Shown here piece after piece: positions 55,541 to 64,000 of a DNA stretch of 64,000 nt; the first letter of the stretch is position 1, and each line of letters begins with the position of its first letter. The DNA lies in assembly GCA_951812955.1 (NCBI GenBank), contig OX638340.1, positions 608,001-672,000 of the forward strand, written 5' to 3'. This DNA is from an uncultured Gemmatimonadota bacterium (GTDB taxonomy: Bacteria > JAAXHH01). Below the pieces are notes generated by a model. The model saw nothing but the letters and a program-made list of their open reading frames with translations. It was not told the DNA's origin and searched no databases. Both the position numbers and the translations under genes were made by a program.

Positions 55541-57751
55541 CTAAATCTTTTCTAACGCCGCGTACTTGACGATTACCTTCTTGGTCGTGTCGGAAAACCG
55601 GATCGTCGCCCTCAGGTCGTCCCCGCTTCCCGCGACCTGTAAGATACGCCCCTTGCCCCAGACGGGGTGTTTTACATCCTGTCCCCGGGATATCCGTATA
55701 CTGCCCGTCGGCGTCTGCACGGTACGGGGCGACGCGATATCGTCTTCGAACGGGGTATCGGAAGCCTTTTCGTCCTGCTGCCACGATGACCGCGTATAAA
55801 ACCGGCCCGTGCTCTCCCGGGTAACGAGCTCTTCGGGAATCTCGTCGATGAAACGGGACCTCAGCGAGGTCGTGGCACCTCCATATCTCCGCCGCAGATT
55901 GGCATGGGTTAGGAACAGTTGCTCCTGCGCGCGGGTGATGCCCACATAGCACAACCGCCGTTCCTCTTCCAGGTCGGCCGGGCTTTCCATCGCGCGCGAG
56001 ATGGGAAACAGGCCATCTTCCAAACCCGTGATGAAGACGATGGGGAACTCCAGCCCTTTGGCGTTGTGCAGGGTCATCAGGGTGACGCATTCAACGGATT
56101 CGTCCCAGCGGTCAATATCGGTTACCAGGGCTACTTCTTCAAGAAATTCGATCAGGCCGGTGACCGGCTGACCCTCTTCGGGCCTTTCGGTCGCCTCTTC
56201 AAGCGCGGCCATCAACTCGTTTATGTTCTGGACACGGGCCTCGGCCTCAACGTTTTTTGCTGCCTCCAGTTCCAGTTCACGAAGGTAGCCGGTCTTCTCG
56301 AGCAGGCTCCTTGCCGCTTCGGCGCCGGATATCTCATCCAGCCGCGACCTGAGGCGTAGCAGAAATTCCCCGAGATCCGCGGCGGCGCGGGCGGCCTTGC
56401 CTGAAAGCTCCTCCTCACCGGCGCGGTACAGCGCCTCCACATAGTCCATGTCCCGTTCAACGGCCAGGCGCTCCACGCGTCCCACGCTGACGGCTCCAAG
56501 GCCCCTGGCGGGTATGTTGACCATGCGACGGAAACTGATGACGTCTCTGCCGTTTACCAGGATCTTGAGATAGGCCAGGACGTCCTTGACTTCTTTCCGT
56601 TCGAAAAATCTCACGCCGCCTACAATCACGTAGGGCATGCCGGCGCGGCGCAATTCGTCCTCCAGCGTCCGCGACTGGGCGTTGGTTCGATAGAGCAGGG
56701 TGAAGTCTCTCAGAGACCTGCCGGCCCCGTTGCGCATCTCCTGGATCTTCCGGGAAATCCACCTTGCCTCGTCCCGTTCGTCCAGCGTCTCCACAAGGCC
56801 GATCTTCTCCCCGGTCGGGTTATCCGTCCACAGCTCTTTGCCCTTGCGGTCCTTGTTGTTTCTGATGACCTCGTTCCCCGCCTTCAGAATCAGCCCGGTG
56901 GATCGGTAGTTCTGTTCCAGGCGGACGACCCGCGCTTCGGGATAGTCTTTTTCAAATTCGAGGATGTTGCGGATATCCGCGCCCCGCCAGGCGTAGATGG
57001 ACTGGTCGTCATCCCCCACCACGCAGAGGTTCCTGTACTTTTTAGCCAATCGGTTGATCCATTCGTACTGGGCGCGGTTGGTATCCTGGTACTCATCCAC
57101 CAGAATGTACTGGAATCGTTCCTGATACCGGCTCAACAGGTCCGGATGCGTCGCGTATCCTTCGGCCAGCCGCATGATCAGATCGTCGAAATCCAGCGCG
57201 TTGCAGTCTTCCAGCGCTAGCTGATACGCATCGTAAACTCGGGAAACCACCTGCTGTTCGAAGAAATCACCGTGCTGATCCTTGTATTCGCCAGGCGGTA
57301 TGAGCCGATCTTTCGCTCCGCTGATATGGTTGCGCACCGCCTCCGGCGCAAAGCGTTTATCGGATATTTCCAGGTCCTTCATCAATCTGCGGATCAGCGT
57401 AAGCTGATCATCGCCGTCATAAATCACGAAATCCCGGCGGAAGCCCAGGGTCTCCGCCTCGCGGCGAAGTATCCGCGCGGAGAGCGAATGGAACGTGCCC
57501 ACCCACTGGGGGACGTCCCCCTGGACGAGCATGCGTTCTATCCGGTCCTTCATCTCCGCGGCCGCCTTGTTCGTGAACGTGACGGCCAGGATGTGATAGG
57601 GATCGATGCCGAGATTTTCGACGAGGTGGGCGATCCGGGAGGTCAACACCCGGGTCTTGCCGCTTCCGGCGCCGGCGAGCACAAGCAGCGGTCCATCGAG
57701 ATGGGACGCGGCCTTGAGTTGAGCGGGATTCAGTTCGCCAGCGAGGTTCAT
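55541..57751 (-). CDS. uvrD: UvrD/PcrA/Rep-family ATP-dependent DNA helicase (superfamily 1A).
   Basis: Walker A AGAGSGKT. Motifs II (VDEYQDT), III and VI. 736 aa. Confidence 0.9.
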   Translation of the reverse strand: MNLAGELNPAQLKAASHLDGPLLVLAGAGSGKTRVLTSRIAHLVENLGIDPYHILAVTFTNKAAAEMKDRIERMLVQGDVPQWVGTFHSLSARILRREAETLGFRRDFVIYDGDDQLTLIRRLMKDLEISDKRFAPEAVRNHISGAKDRLIPPGEYKDQHGDFFEQQVVSRVYDAYQLALEDCNALDFDDLIMRLAEGYATHPDLLSRYQERFQYILVDEYQDTNRAQYEWINRLAKKYRNLCVVGDDDQSIYAWRGADIRNILEFEKDYPEARVVRLEQNYRSTGLILKAGNEVIRNNKDRKGKELWTDNPTGEKIGLVETLDERDEARWISRKIQEMRNGAGRSLRDFTLLYRTNAQSRTLEDELRRAGMPYVIVGGVRFFERKEVKDVLAYLKILVNGRDVISFRRMVNIPARGLGAVSVGRVERLAVERDMDYVEALYRAGEEELSGKAARAAADLGEFLLRLRSRLDEISGAEAARSLLEKTGYLRELELEAAKNVEAEARVQNINELMAALEEATERPEEGQPVTGLIEFLEEVALVTDIDRWDESVECVTLMTLHNAKGLEFPIVFITGLEDGLFPISRAMESPADLEEERRLCYVGITRAQEQLFLTHANLRRRYGGATTSLRSRFIDEIPEELVTRESTGRFYTRSSWQQDEKASDTPFEDDIASPRTVQTPTGSIRISRGQDVKHPVWGKGRILQVAGSGDDLRATIRFSDTTKKVIVKYAALEKI

Positions 57752-58010
57752 TCACCGATCCCAAACGGCCGTGTGAAGGGACAGTAGATCCGGACTTGGG
57801 CTTGCGCCATCCATCTGGAAACCAAGGTGAGTAGCGCGGAAACATAATACACCCCTGTAAGAGACACTGTCAACAGAATCGTGGAACGGAAAGAGGCCGT
57901 CCGCAGTCGTTCCAATCAAAGATTCGTTGAATATACGGGCCAGCCCGGTATATTATGGCGGATCGATTTAAACCCGTATATCCGGAGCAAGAGGCGCAGG
58001 AACTCTGTCT

Positions 58011-59468
58011 ATGCTGGACTGTCTGACGGAACGCGGAACCGTGTCCGCCGACGTTGAAGCCTTCGAAAACGCACTGGCGTGCTCGCCAGAGAGCCCCTAC
58101 GGCCCGCTGGGAGCGCGATTCTCCGTCAAAAAACCGATTTATGTGGTCAGGGCTCCAGCGCGGCTGGACTGCATGGGTGGCATAGCGGACTACAGTGGTT
58201 CACTGGTTTGCGAGATGACACTCGACCAGGCCGTTTTGTTGGGCATCCAGGCACGGGACGACCGGAAGGTGGTCATACACAGCGCGGGCGTCGACGTACT
58301 CGGCATGTCGCCGGACGTTACGCTGGCCCTCGACGACCTGGCACCCGGTGGAAGTACCGTAGACTACGATACCGTAAAACGTAGTTTCTCCCGGACGCCG
58401 GAATCGGCCTGGGCAGCGTACGTGGCCGGGGCTTTCAGCGTGTTGCAGGGGGAAAGGCACGTGGATCGTTTCCCCCACGGCGCCACCATCGTGCTCGTGA
58501 GCGACATCCCGCTTCGGGTGGGCGTCTCTTCCTCAGCCGCGCTGGAAATCGCCGCCATGCAGGGACTGAACCTGCTCTACGGGACCGACCTTGACGGGAT
58601 GACGCTGGCCGTCCTTTCCCAGAAGGTGGAAAACCACGTGGTCGGCGCGGCCTGCGGCATCATGGACCAGGTCACCTGCGCCATGGGGACCCGGGACTGC
58701 CTGCTTTCCCTGTTCTGCCAGCCCCATACCGTACAGGAACAGATTCCCTTGCCGGAAGGGGTTCGTTTTATCGGTATAAACTCCGGCGTCCGTCGGGAGA
58801 TCAAGAGCTCGCGGTATACAAACAGCCGAATCGGCGCGTTCATGGGCCTTGCGATCATACGGGATAACCTGCGTTCCGGCAACGGAACGGCCTCAAATCC
58901 CCGCCTTGGTTACCTGTGCAATCTGTCCACCAGAGAATACGTGGATTTCTACCGATCCCTGCTGCCATCAAGCATCCTGGGGCGGGAGTTTACGCGGCGG
59001 TACGTAACCACGCCCGACCCGGTGACGACCGTTGACCCGGCGGTACGGTATATGGTGCGCAGCCGCGTGGAACACCCGGTTTACGAACACCGCAGGGTGA
59101 AAGAATTCACCGAATGTATCCGTTCGGCAGGAACCACGGACAAACCGGGACTTCTCGAGCGGGCAGGCAGGTTGATGTATGCCTCCGACTGGAGTTACAC
59201 GCACCGCTGCGGACTCGGCTGCGCCGAGACGTCCTGGATCGTCCGCGAGATCAGGAAACTGGGCGTTGAAGCGGGATTCTATGGCGCCAAGATAACGGGA
59301 GGCGGCGCTGGGGGAACGGTCGCCGTAGCCGGAGACGATCGCATGTTCGGCCACCTGGACAACCTGCTCGAGCGCTACGGTGAATCCACCGGTATCGAGG
59401 CACGGCTCTTTAACGGGACTTCGTCGGGCGCACTGGAATTCGGGCACCGAGTCTACCGAATAACCTGA
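58011..59468 (+). CDS. GHMP-family sugar 1-kinase (galactokinase-like). Substrate unknown.
   Basis: Galactokinase-type N-terminal motif APARLDCMGGIADYSG. GHMP ATP-binding motif PLRVGVSSSAALEIAAM. 485 aa. Confidence 0.75.
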   Translation: MLDCLTERGTVSADVEAFENALACSPESPYGPLGARFSVKKPIYVVRAPARLDCMGGIADYSGSLVCEMTLDQAVLLGIQARDDRKVVIHSAGVDVLGMSPDVTLALDDLAPGGSTVDYDTVKRSFSRTPESAWAAYVAGAFSVLQGERHVDRFPHGATIVLVSDIPLRVGVSSSAALEIAAMQGLNLLYGTDLDGMTLAVLSQKVENHVVGAACGIMDQVTCAMGTRDCLLSLFCQPHTVQEQIPLPEGVRFIGINSGVRREIKSSRYTNSRIGAFMGLAIIRDNLRSGNGTASNPRLGYLCNLSTREYVDFYRSLLPSSILGREFTRRYVTTPDPVTTVDPAVRYMVRSRVEHPVYEHRRVKEFTECIRSAGTTDKPGLLERAGRLMYASDWSYTHRCGLGCAETSWIVREIRKLGVEAGFYGAKITGGGAGGTVAVAGDDRMFGHLDNLLERYGESTGIEARLFNGTSSGALEFGHRVYRIT

Positions 59469-59493
59469 GCGGGTTGCACCGGATTCGAGGGAG

Positions 59494-60420
59494 TTGCAGG
59501 CATTGAATCGTATTCGAAAAGCGGTCATACCCATTGCGGGACACGGCATCCGCATGATGCCGGCGACCCGTGCGGTACGCAAAGCGCTGTTTCCCATCGT
59601 GGACGACCGCGGACGGGTACGTCCCGTACTTCAGTTGATCATCGAGGAAGCGCTCAACGCGGAAATCGAGGAAATCGGCCTGGTGATCGCACCGGAAGAC
59701 AAGGCCCATATTGGCGCCTACTTCTCGCGGTTGCCCGGCCCGTTAAAAAAAGTAATTGGAAATCACGAAGAATTGCTGGAAGCGGCCGAGTTGCCGGGTC
59801 GTATTGCGGATAAACTGACCATAATCACCCAGGATCGCCCCAACGGACTCGGCGATGCCGTACTCCGAGCGGCGCCCTGGATCGGCGGCGACCCTTTCCT
59901 GGTCATGCTCGGTGACCACCTGTACCTCAGCCATGAAAAAAGATGCTGTGCGCGCCAGTTGCTGGACGCCTACGCGGATCTGCAGGCCCCGGTATCGGGT
60001 TTGATCCGCAAGCCCGTAGATGCCATCGGACATTTCGGCACGGTTTCAGGTCGACCCGAACCCCGCTCGAAAGGGCTTTATGCCCTTGACGCCGTGGTGG
60101 AAAAACCGGATATAAACCTTGCGCGTGACCGGTTGCGCGTGGAGGGGCTGCCGAAAGATACGTATTACTGCTGGTTTGGCCTGCACGCCATGAAGCCTGA
60201 CATCTTCGACTGCCTGGCGCGGATGGAAAGGGACGGCGCCGCGGATGGCGGAGAACTGCAGCTGACCGGGGCGCAGGCCATGTTATCGAAGCAGCGAACA
60301 ACCTACGGACTGGAAATCAACGGCGAGCACTTCGACACAGGCTCGCCGCGTGGATACGTCGATGCCGTCACGGCTTTCGCCGATCCCGCCGGTTTTTCCG
60401 GGAATCCTGACAACCGGTAA
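59494..60420 (+). CDS. Sugar-1-phosphate nucleotidyltransferase (UTP-glucose-1-phosphate uridylyltransferase / GalU-like fold).
   Basis: N-terminal KAVIPIAGHGIRMMPATRAVRKALFPI (G-x-G-T-R-x-x-P-x-T-like) and the nucleotide-sugar pyrophosphorylase core. Immediately downstream of the GHMP kinase. Confidence 0.75.
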   Translation: MQALNRIRKAVIPIAGHGIRMMPATRAVRKALFPIVDDRGRVRPVLQLIIEEALNAEIEEIGLVIAPEDKAHIGAYFSRLPGPLKKVIGNHEELLEAAELPGRIADKLTIITQDRPNGLGDAVLRAAPWIGGDPFLVMLGDHLYLSHEKRCCARQLLDAYADLQAPVSGLIRKPVDAIGHFGTVSGRPEPRSKGLYALDAVVEKPDINLARDRLRVEGLPKDTYYCWFGLHAMKPDIFDCLARMERDGAADGGELQLTGAQAMLSKQRTTYGLEINGEHFDTGSPRGYVDAVTAFADPAGFSGNPDNR

Positions 60421-60533
60421 AACACCGGAACGTGCGCGACCGATCGCCGACCCTGAATCATTCGAACAGTTAACCCCAAGGCGGCACAGTTCGCCTTTCA
60501 TTTCGTTCAAAACACGAAAAGGAATCCTAGACC

Positions 60534-61250
60534 ATGTCTGTACCGGAAGCTCCATCACGAGAAACGCTCGAATCCCTGCTCATACCGAGCACCGCTACGC
60601 TGACTTCCGTGCTCACGGAGTACGGGCTGTATAACACCTTCATGCACGACGTCACACCGCTCGAACCCGGCGCGCGCATGGCGGGACCGGCATTTACCCT
60701 GCGGTACATACCCGGCCGGGAAGACATCACGCACGTGCCCGTGGACAATCTGACGGATATGCAGCGCATCGGCATCGAAAGCATTCAGCAGGGCGAGGTG
60801 CTCGTGATCGACGCACGGGGTGATACCCGAGCCGGCGTCATGGGCGACATCCTCGCCACGAGAATCCAGCAGCGCGGGGCCGCGGGGGTCGTCAGCGACG
60901 GCGCATTCCGGGATACTCCGGCCATCGTGGAGACCGGAATGGCCGCGTACGCCCGGACCATGAACGCCCATAACAGCAAAAGCGTACATTATCCGAGTGA
61001 CATTCAGCGTCCCATCGCCTGCGGCGGTGTAGCGGTTTTCCCTGGAGATATCGTCGTGGGAGATACAGAAGGCGTGGTGGTCATTCCGCGCCACCTGGCC
61101 GAAGAAGTGGCGGCCAAGGCCGTCGCGCAGGAAGACCGGGAAGTGTTCATCCTGGAGAAAATCCAGCAGGGACACAGCATCATCGGCGTATACCCGCCCG
61201 ATGAGCAAACCCTCGCGGAATACGAGGCGTGGAAGGCTAAAAGGGGCTGA
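60534..61250 (+). CDS. RraA-family protein (RNase E inhibitor RraA / 4-hydroxy-4-methyl-2-oxoglutarate aldolase-like).
   Basis: RraA blocks (GDIL, GAAGVVSDGAFRD, GDIVVGDTEGVVVIP). 238 aa. Confidence 0.7.
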   Translation: MSVPEAPSRETLESLLIPSTATLTSVLTEYGLYNTFMHDVTPLEPGARMAGPAFTLRYIPGREDITHVPVDNLTDMQRIGIESIQQGEVLVIDARGDTRAGVMGDILATRIQQRGAAGVVSDGAFRDTPAIVETGMAAYARTMNAHNSKSVHYPSDIQRPIACGGVAVFPGDIVVGDTEGVVVIPRHLAEEVAAKAVAQEDREVFILEKIQQGHSIIGVYPPDEQTLAEYEAWKAKRG

Positions 61251-61254
61251 ACGC

Positions 61255-63570
61255 TCAGCCGGTGGCCAAATCCGCGATTCGTTGCAGGGCCACCACCGCC
61301 AGCAGTCTCTCCTCGGCGTGCAGGGCCCTGTTCCGGCCTTCGGATTCCAGGCCCGACAGTACCCTGTACGCTAGTTCCACCCCTTCCAAACCCGCCGAAG
61401 AATCTCCCGCAGGCGCCGCATCCACGGCAGAAACGTCCGGTAAATCGGTACGCACCGTGCGAAGTACTTCCCTTGCGATTTCGACGAGTTGCTTCAGCAT
61501 CTCACCGGTTTGTTGCCGTTCGAAAGCGGCCATCGCCCGGTCGACTGCGGCCGTGTACCGATCCCTCGCATCTCGCTCGACATGTGACCAGCCGCCCAGT
61601 TGCCGGCGGACGGACCGGAATAACCGTACCGTCGACCGGTCCTGGTTCATCTCACCGGCCTGAAGCAACTGATACAGGAGATCCGGGGCGCCAAGGAGAT
61701 GCCCCGCCGACATGATCAGTACACCGCGTTCGAGACTGGTTTCGCTGGTCCTGATGAGGTCCTGAAGCCGGCTCAGTATCCCGGTATTGCCCATTCTGGC
61801 CAGCGTTTCCAGGGTAGTCTGGACGATCGCGGGGTCCCGTTCGTGTTCGAGCAGGGCTTCCAGCGCCGTCTCAACGCGCCGGTCCCCGATTCGATCGAGG
61901 GCGATTACGGCGCTTCGCCGGATGCCGGGGCGTTCATCGTGAAGCAGGGTCACCAGGATGTTGAGGCTGAGCGACGACGGCACCGAGCCCAGGGCCTCCA
62001 CGGCCTCCTCGGCGATGTCAGACGATGGGTTTCCCACGCATTCGAGCAGTGGGTTCACGGCCTCTTCCGCGCCGATCCTGCTCAGGGACTGCACTGCTTC
62101 CCGCCGCACGTTGCGATCGCTGTCATCCAGCAACGCGATCAACTCGTCCACAGCCAGGTGACTTCCGGTTTCGCCCAGTTCACGGGCCGCCCGGGCCCGG
62201 ACCGTTGGATTGCTGGATTTTCCCATGCGCACCAGGTGCCAGAGGGTCGCAATGGGATTCCCCTTGCGCACCCGGTTGATCACGTCACGGGGGGAGACCT
62301 GCGAATCGGAGACCAGGCGGGCCAGCAGGCCCATGTAGGATATTCGAAGCACCCCGTTGGCGAGGAAGAGGTATTGCAGTCCCGCGAAGGTGTAGCCGAA
62401 GAAGGATACGGCAGGTATGGAGGTACACAGTTCGGCGGCTATTCCACCGATTATGGCGCCGCACGCCGCGCATCCTCTCGATACCGCGGAGTAGCATCCC
62501 AGGAATGCGGAGCGGTTGGCCGCCGGGGCCGTTTTGACGATGAGATTGAACCGGGCCGTACCCCATCCCGCGCTCATGCTGCCGCCCCAGATCTGCACCA
62601 GCGGCACCATGACCCAGTAGTTGTCCAGCGTTACGAATCCCCATCCCAGCGGGAAAATGGCCAGTCCCGTGGCGGTAAGCGACATGACCGGCTTGTAACC
62701 GTACTTGTCCGCCAGGTAGCCCCAGAATGGATTCATGATGATCGTCGCGATAGTTTGTATTGCCGAGAAAACCGCGATCTGGGCGTAGGATACTTCGAGC
62801 GTCCGCAGCATGTAGACCGTGAAGAATGGCGCGGCGATCTGGGCGATGACGAGCCGCCCTGAAACCAGGAACATCAATTTGCGAAAAGGAGCGTGCCGGA
62901 AGGGGAGACGAAGCAGCTGGTTCGGCGGGACGCGCTCGCCCCTGCTCTTTCGCGGTTCGGGAATGCACGACCAGGCCCAGATCCCGAATCCTGAAAAGAC
63001 CACGGCCACGATGAATATGATACTGAAACCCTCCTGCGAGTCGCCCGCGGCGTATGTACTCAGGAAGAATCCCGCGCACACCGACGTGATCAGGCCGGCG
63101 GACGCCGTCAGGCTGCGCTGGCGCGCGACGAAGCGGCCGCGGATCTCGTCGGGAATCAGGTCGGTCAGCCAGGACTGACGCGCCGGAGAAACCAGGGACA
63201 TGGCGGCTTTCGATAAAGCGATGCAGGCTATGAGCGCCAGTAGTTGGTTCCCTTCGAAGAAGAGAAAGGGAATGAAGGCGATGGGCAGCCAGAGGGATGT
63301 GCTGACGCCATTGGCAAGCAGGCACAGCGTTTTGCGCCGGGGCAGGCGTTCGATAAGTAGCGGAGAGAAAGCCTGTAACAACTGACCGATGGAAATGGAG
63401 GCGGAAATAAAGCCGATCATGGCGGTGGATGCACCGAGATGCAGGGCGTAACCGGTGGTGTAAACGCCGGTGGTTATCGCGGAATGGACCGACTCGAGCA
63501 TGCCGTTCACGTTCCACATGCGCATTCCGCGCGCCGTCTGCAACCGGGTCAGTTTTCTCTCTTGTTGCAC
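61255..63570 (-). CDS. Fusion protein: an N-terminal MFS transporter (about 12 TM helices, about 430 aa) plus a C-terminal HEAT/PBS-lyase-type alpha-solenoid domain of about 330 aa.
   Basis: MFS-like loop motif (GYLADKYGYKP). Repeated HEAT units NPTVRARAARELGETGSHLAVDELIALLDDSDRNVRREAVQSLSRIG, ...DIAEEAVEALG..., ...HDERPGIRRSAVIALDRIGD. Confidence 0.65.
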   Translation of the reverse strand: MQQERKLTRLQTARGMRMWNVNGMLESVHSAITTGVYTTGYALHLGASTAMIGFISASISIGQLLQAFSPLLIERLPRRKTLCLLANGVSTSLWLPIAFIPFLFFEGNQLLALIACIALSKAAMSLVSPARQSWLTDLIPDEIRGRFVARQRSLTASAGLITSVCAGFFLSTYAAGDSQEGFSIIFIVAVVFSGFGIWAWSCIPEPRKSRGERVPPNQLLRLPFRHAPFRKLMFLVSGRLVIAQIAAPFFTVYMLRTLEVSYAQIAVFSAIQTIATIIMNPFWGYLADKYGYKPVMSLTATGLAIFPLGWGFVTLDNYWVMVPLVQIWGGSMSAGWGTARFNLIVKTAPAANRSAFLGCYSAVSRGCAACGAIIGGIAAELCTSIPAVSFFGYTFAGLQYLFLANGVLRISYMGLLARLVSDSQVSPRDVINRVRKGNPIATLWHLVRMGKSSNPTVRARAARELGETGSHLAVDELIALLDDSDRNVRREAVQSLSRIGAEEAVNPLLECVGNPSSDIAEEAVEALGSVPSSLSLNILVTLLHDERPGIRRSAVIALDRIGDRRVETALEALLEHERDPAIVQTTLETLARMGNTGILSRLQDLIRTSETSLERGVLIMSAGHLLGAPDLLYQLLQAGEMNQDRSTVRLFRSVRRQLGGWSHVERDARDRYTAAVDRAMAAFERQQTGEMLKQLVEIAREVLRTVRTDLPDVSAVDAAPAGDSSAGLEGVELAYRVLSGLESEGRNRALHAEERLLAVVALQRIADLATG

Positions 63571-63573
63571 GAT

Positions 63574-64000
63574 CTACAGTCTCCGGTTCCTGGACAGTAT
63601 CCAGCTTACCGCCGTACCGACGGCAAGATTCACGCCCAATGCCATCGGACTGATCCACATGAAGCTGACTGGGTCGCTCCCATCGGGCAGCATGCCGAAC
63701 AGCGGCCCGGAGAAGGCGATCAGCGAAGCGGTGAGGATGCCGCACACGGCGCCCGCGACGACGCCGGCCGGGCGGGCGAACGGCACGAACAACGCGAAGA
63801 CGAACAGGGCGAAAATGGGCGTCGTCAGCAGGTTCGAAGTCTTGTTGGTTACCGCCGTGATGTTGCCGGGCACCAGTTCCATCAGCGAGCTCGCGCCCAC
63901 GACAATGGCGCCGATGACGAATGCGAGCGATTTCGCCGTCCGCGTCAGCTGTTTCTCGGTCGCCGGGGATTTTCTGAACCGGCCGATGAAATCCGTCGAA
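63574..64000 (-). CDS. 3' portion of a polytopic membrane transporter (sodium:solute symporter-like C-terminus). The 5' part lies beyond the window edge.
   Basis: The frame is open to the window end. Hydrophobic helices (TTPIFALFVFALFVPFARPAGVVAGAVCGILTASLIAF...). The family call is tentative. Confidence 0.4.
   Translation of the reverse strand, partial: STDFIGRFRKSPATEKQLTRTAKSLAFVIGAIVVGASSLMELVPGNITAVTNKTSNLLTTPIFALFVFALFVPFARPAGVVAGAVCGILTASLIAFSGPLFGMLPDGSDPVSFMWISPMALGVNLAVGTAVSWILSRNRRL

Noticed and set aside
62285-63745. 486-aa minus-strand ORF overlapping the MFS-HEAT gene in another frame
   Set aside because: Extremely Arg/Pro/His-rich with no motifs, whereas the overlapping frame encodes clear TM helices and HEAT repeats. 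Frame-shadow artefact.
1-64000. Mobile elements, integrases, transposases, phage genes, tRNA or rRNA genes
   Set aside because: None of the protein translations show transposase or integrase motifs. No intergenic region has tRNA-like cloverleaf potential or rRNA-like length. The window appears to be a stable chromosomal core/accessory-metabolism region.

Overview
A 64 kb window of a high-GC (roughly 60-65%) chromosome from a diderm (outer-membrane-bearing) bacterium. It is densely packed with about 57 genes and shows no mobile elements, CRISPR arrays or rRNA/tRNA genes. Main contents, in order along the window: (i) two paralogous orphan Leu/Ile/Val-type periplasmic binding proteins (PBP type 1). 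One sits beside a hypothetical-membrane-protein/ZIP/CopA metal operon. The other is the sensor end of a tightly coupled five-gene signalling module: STAS antagonist, receiver-PP2C phosphatase, RsbW-like kinase, PBP, sensor histidine kinase. (ii) Four dispersed PhyH-family Fe(II)/2-oxoglutarate dioxygenase paralogs. (iii) A complete Rrf2-regulated sufBCD-DUF59-sufS Fe-S assembly operon. (iv) A sugar-acid catabolic island: two tandem BNR/Asp-box sialidase-fold proteins without signal peptides, an enolase-superfamily dehydratase, UxuA, an HpcH aldolase, an IlvD/EDD dehydratase and a PfkB kinase. Two unusual tandem-repeat arrays lie in the central divergent promoter of this island. (v) A putatively periplasmic module: a Tat-exported class I/II aminotransferase, a Tat-exported GMC oxidoreductase with its small subunit, and an ABC exporter. 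(vi) A secreted lamin-tail-domain protein with a Pro/Glu-rich linker and a T9SS/FlgD-Ig-type C-terminal domain. (vii) A long collinear housekeeping block: uvrD, gatC, kdsB, kdsA, lpxL-like, lptC, lptA, lptB, rpoN, hpf, hprK, ptsH, ptsI. (viii) A GHMP sugar kinase / NDP-sugar pyrophosphorylase pair, an RraA-like protein, and an MFS transporter fused to a HEAT-repeat domain. The candidates I consider most interesting for novel biology are the PBP-sensed partner-switching module, the periplasmic dehydrogenase/aminotransferase pair, the promoter repeat arrays (an 8-bp GATC-containing microsatellite and a 17-bp iteron set) with the cytoplasmic sialidase-fold pair beside them, and the MFS-HEAT fusion. 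All calls come from reading the translations and the DNA directly. No database search was run.
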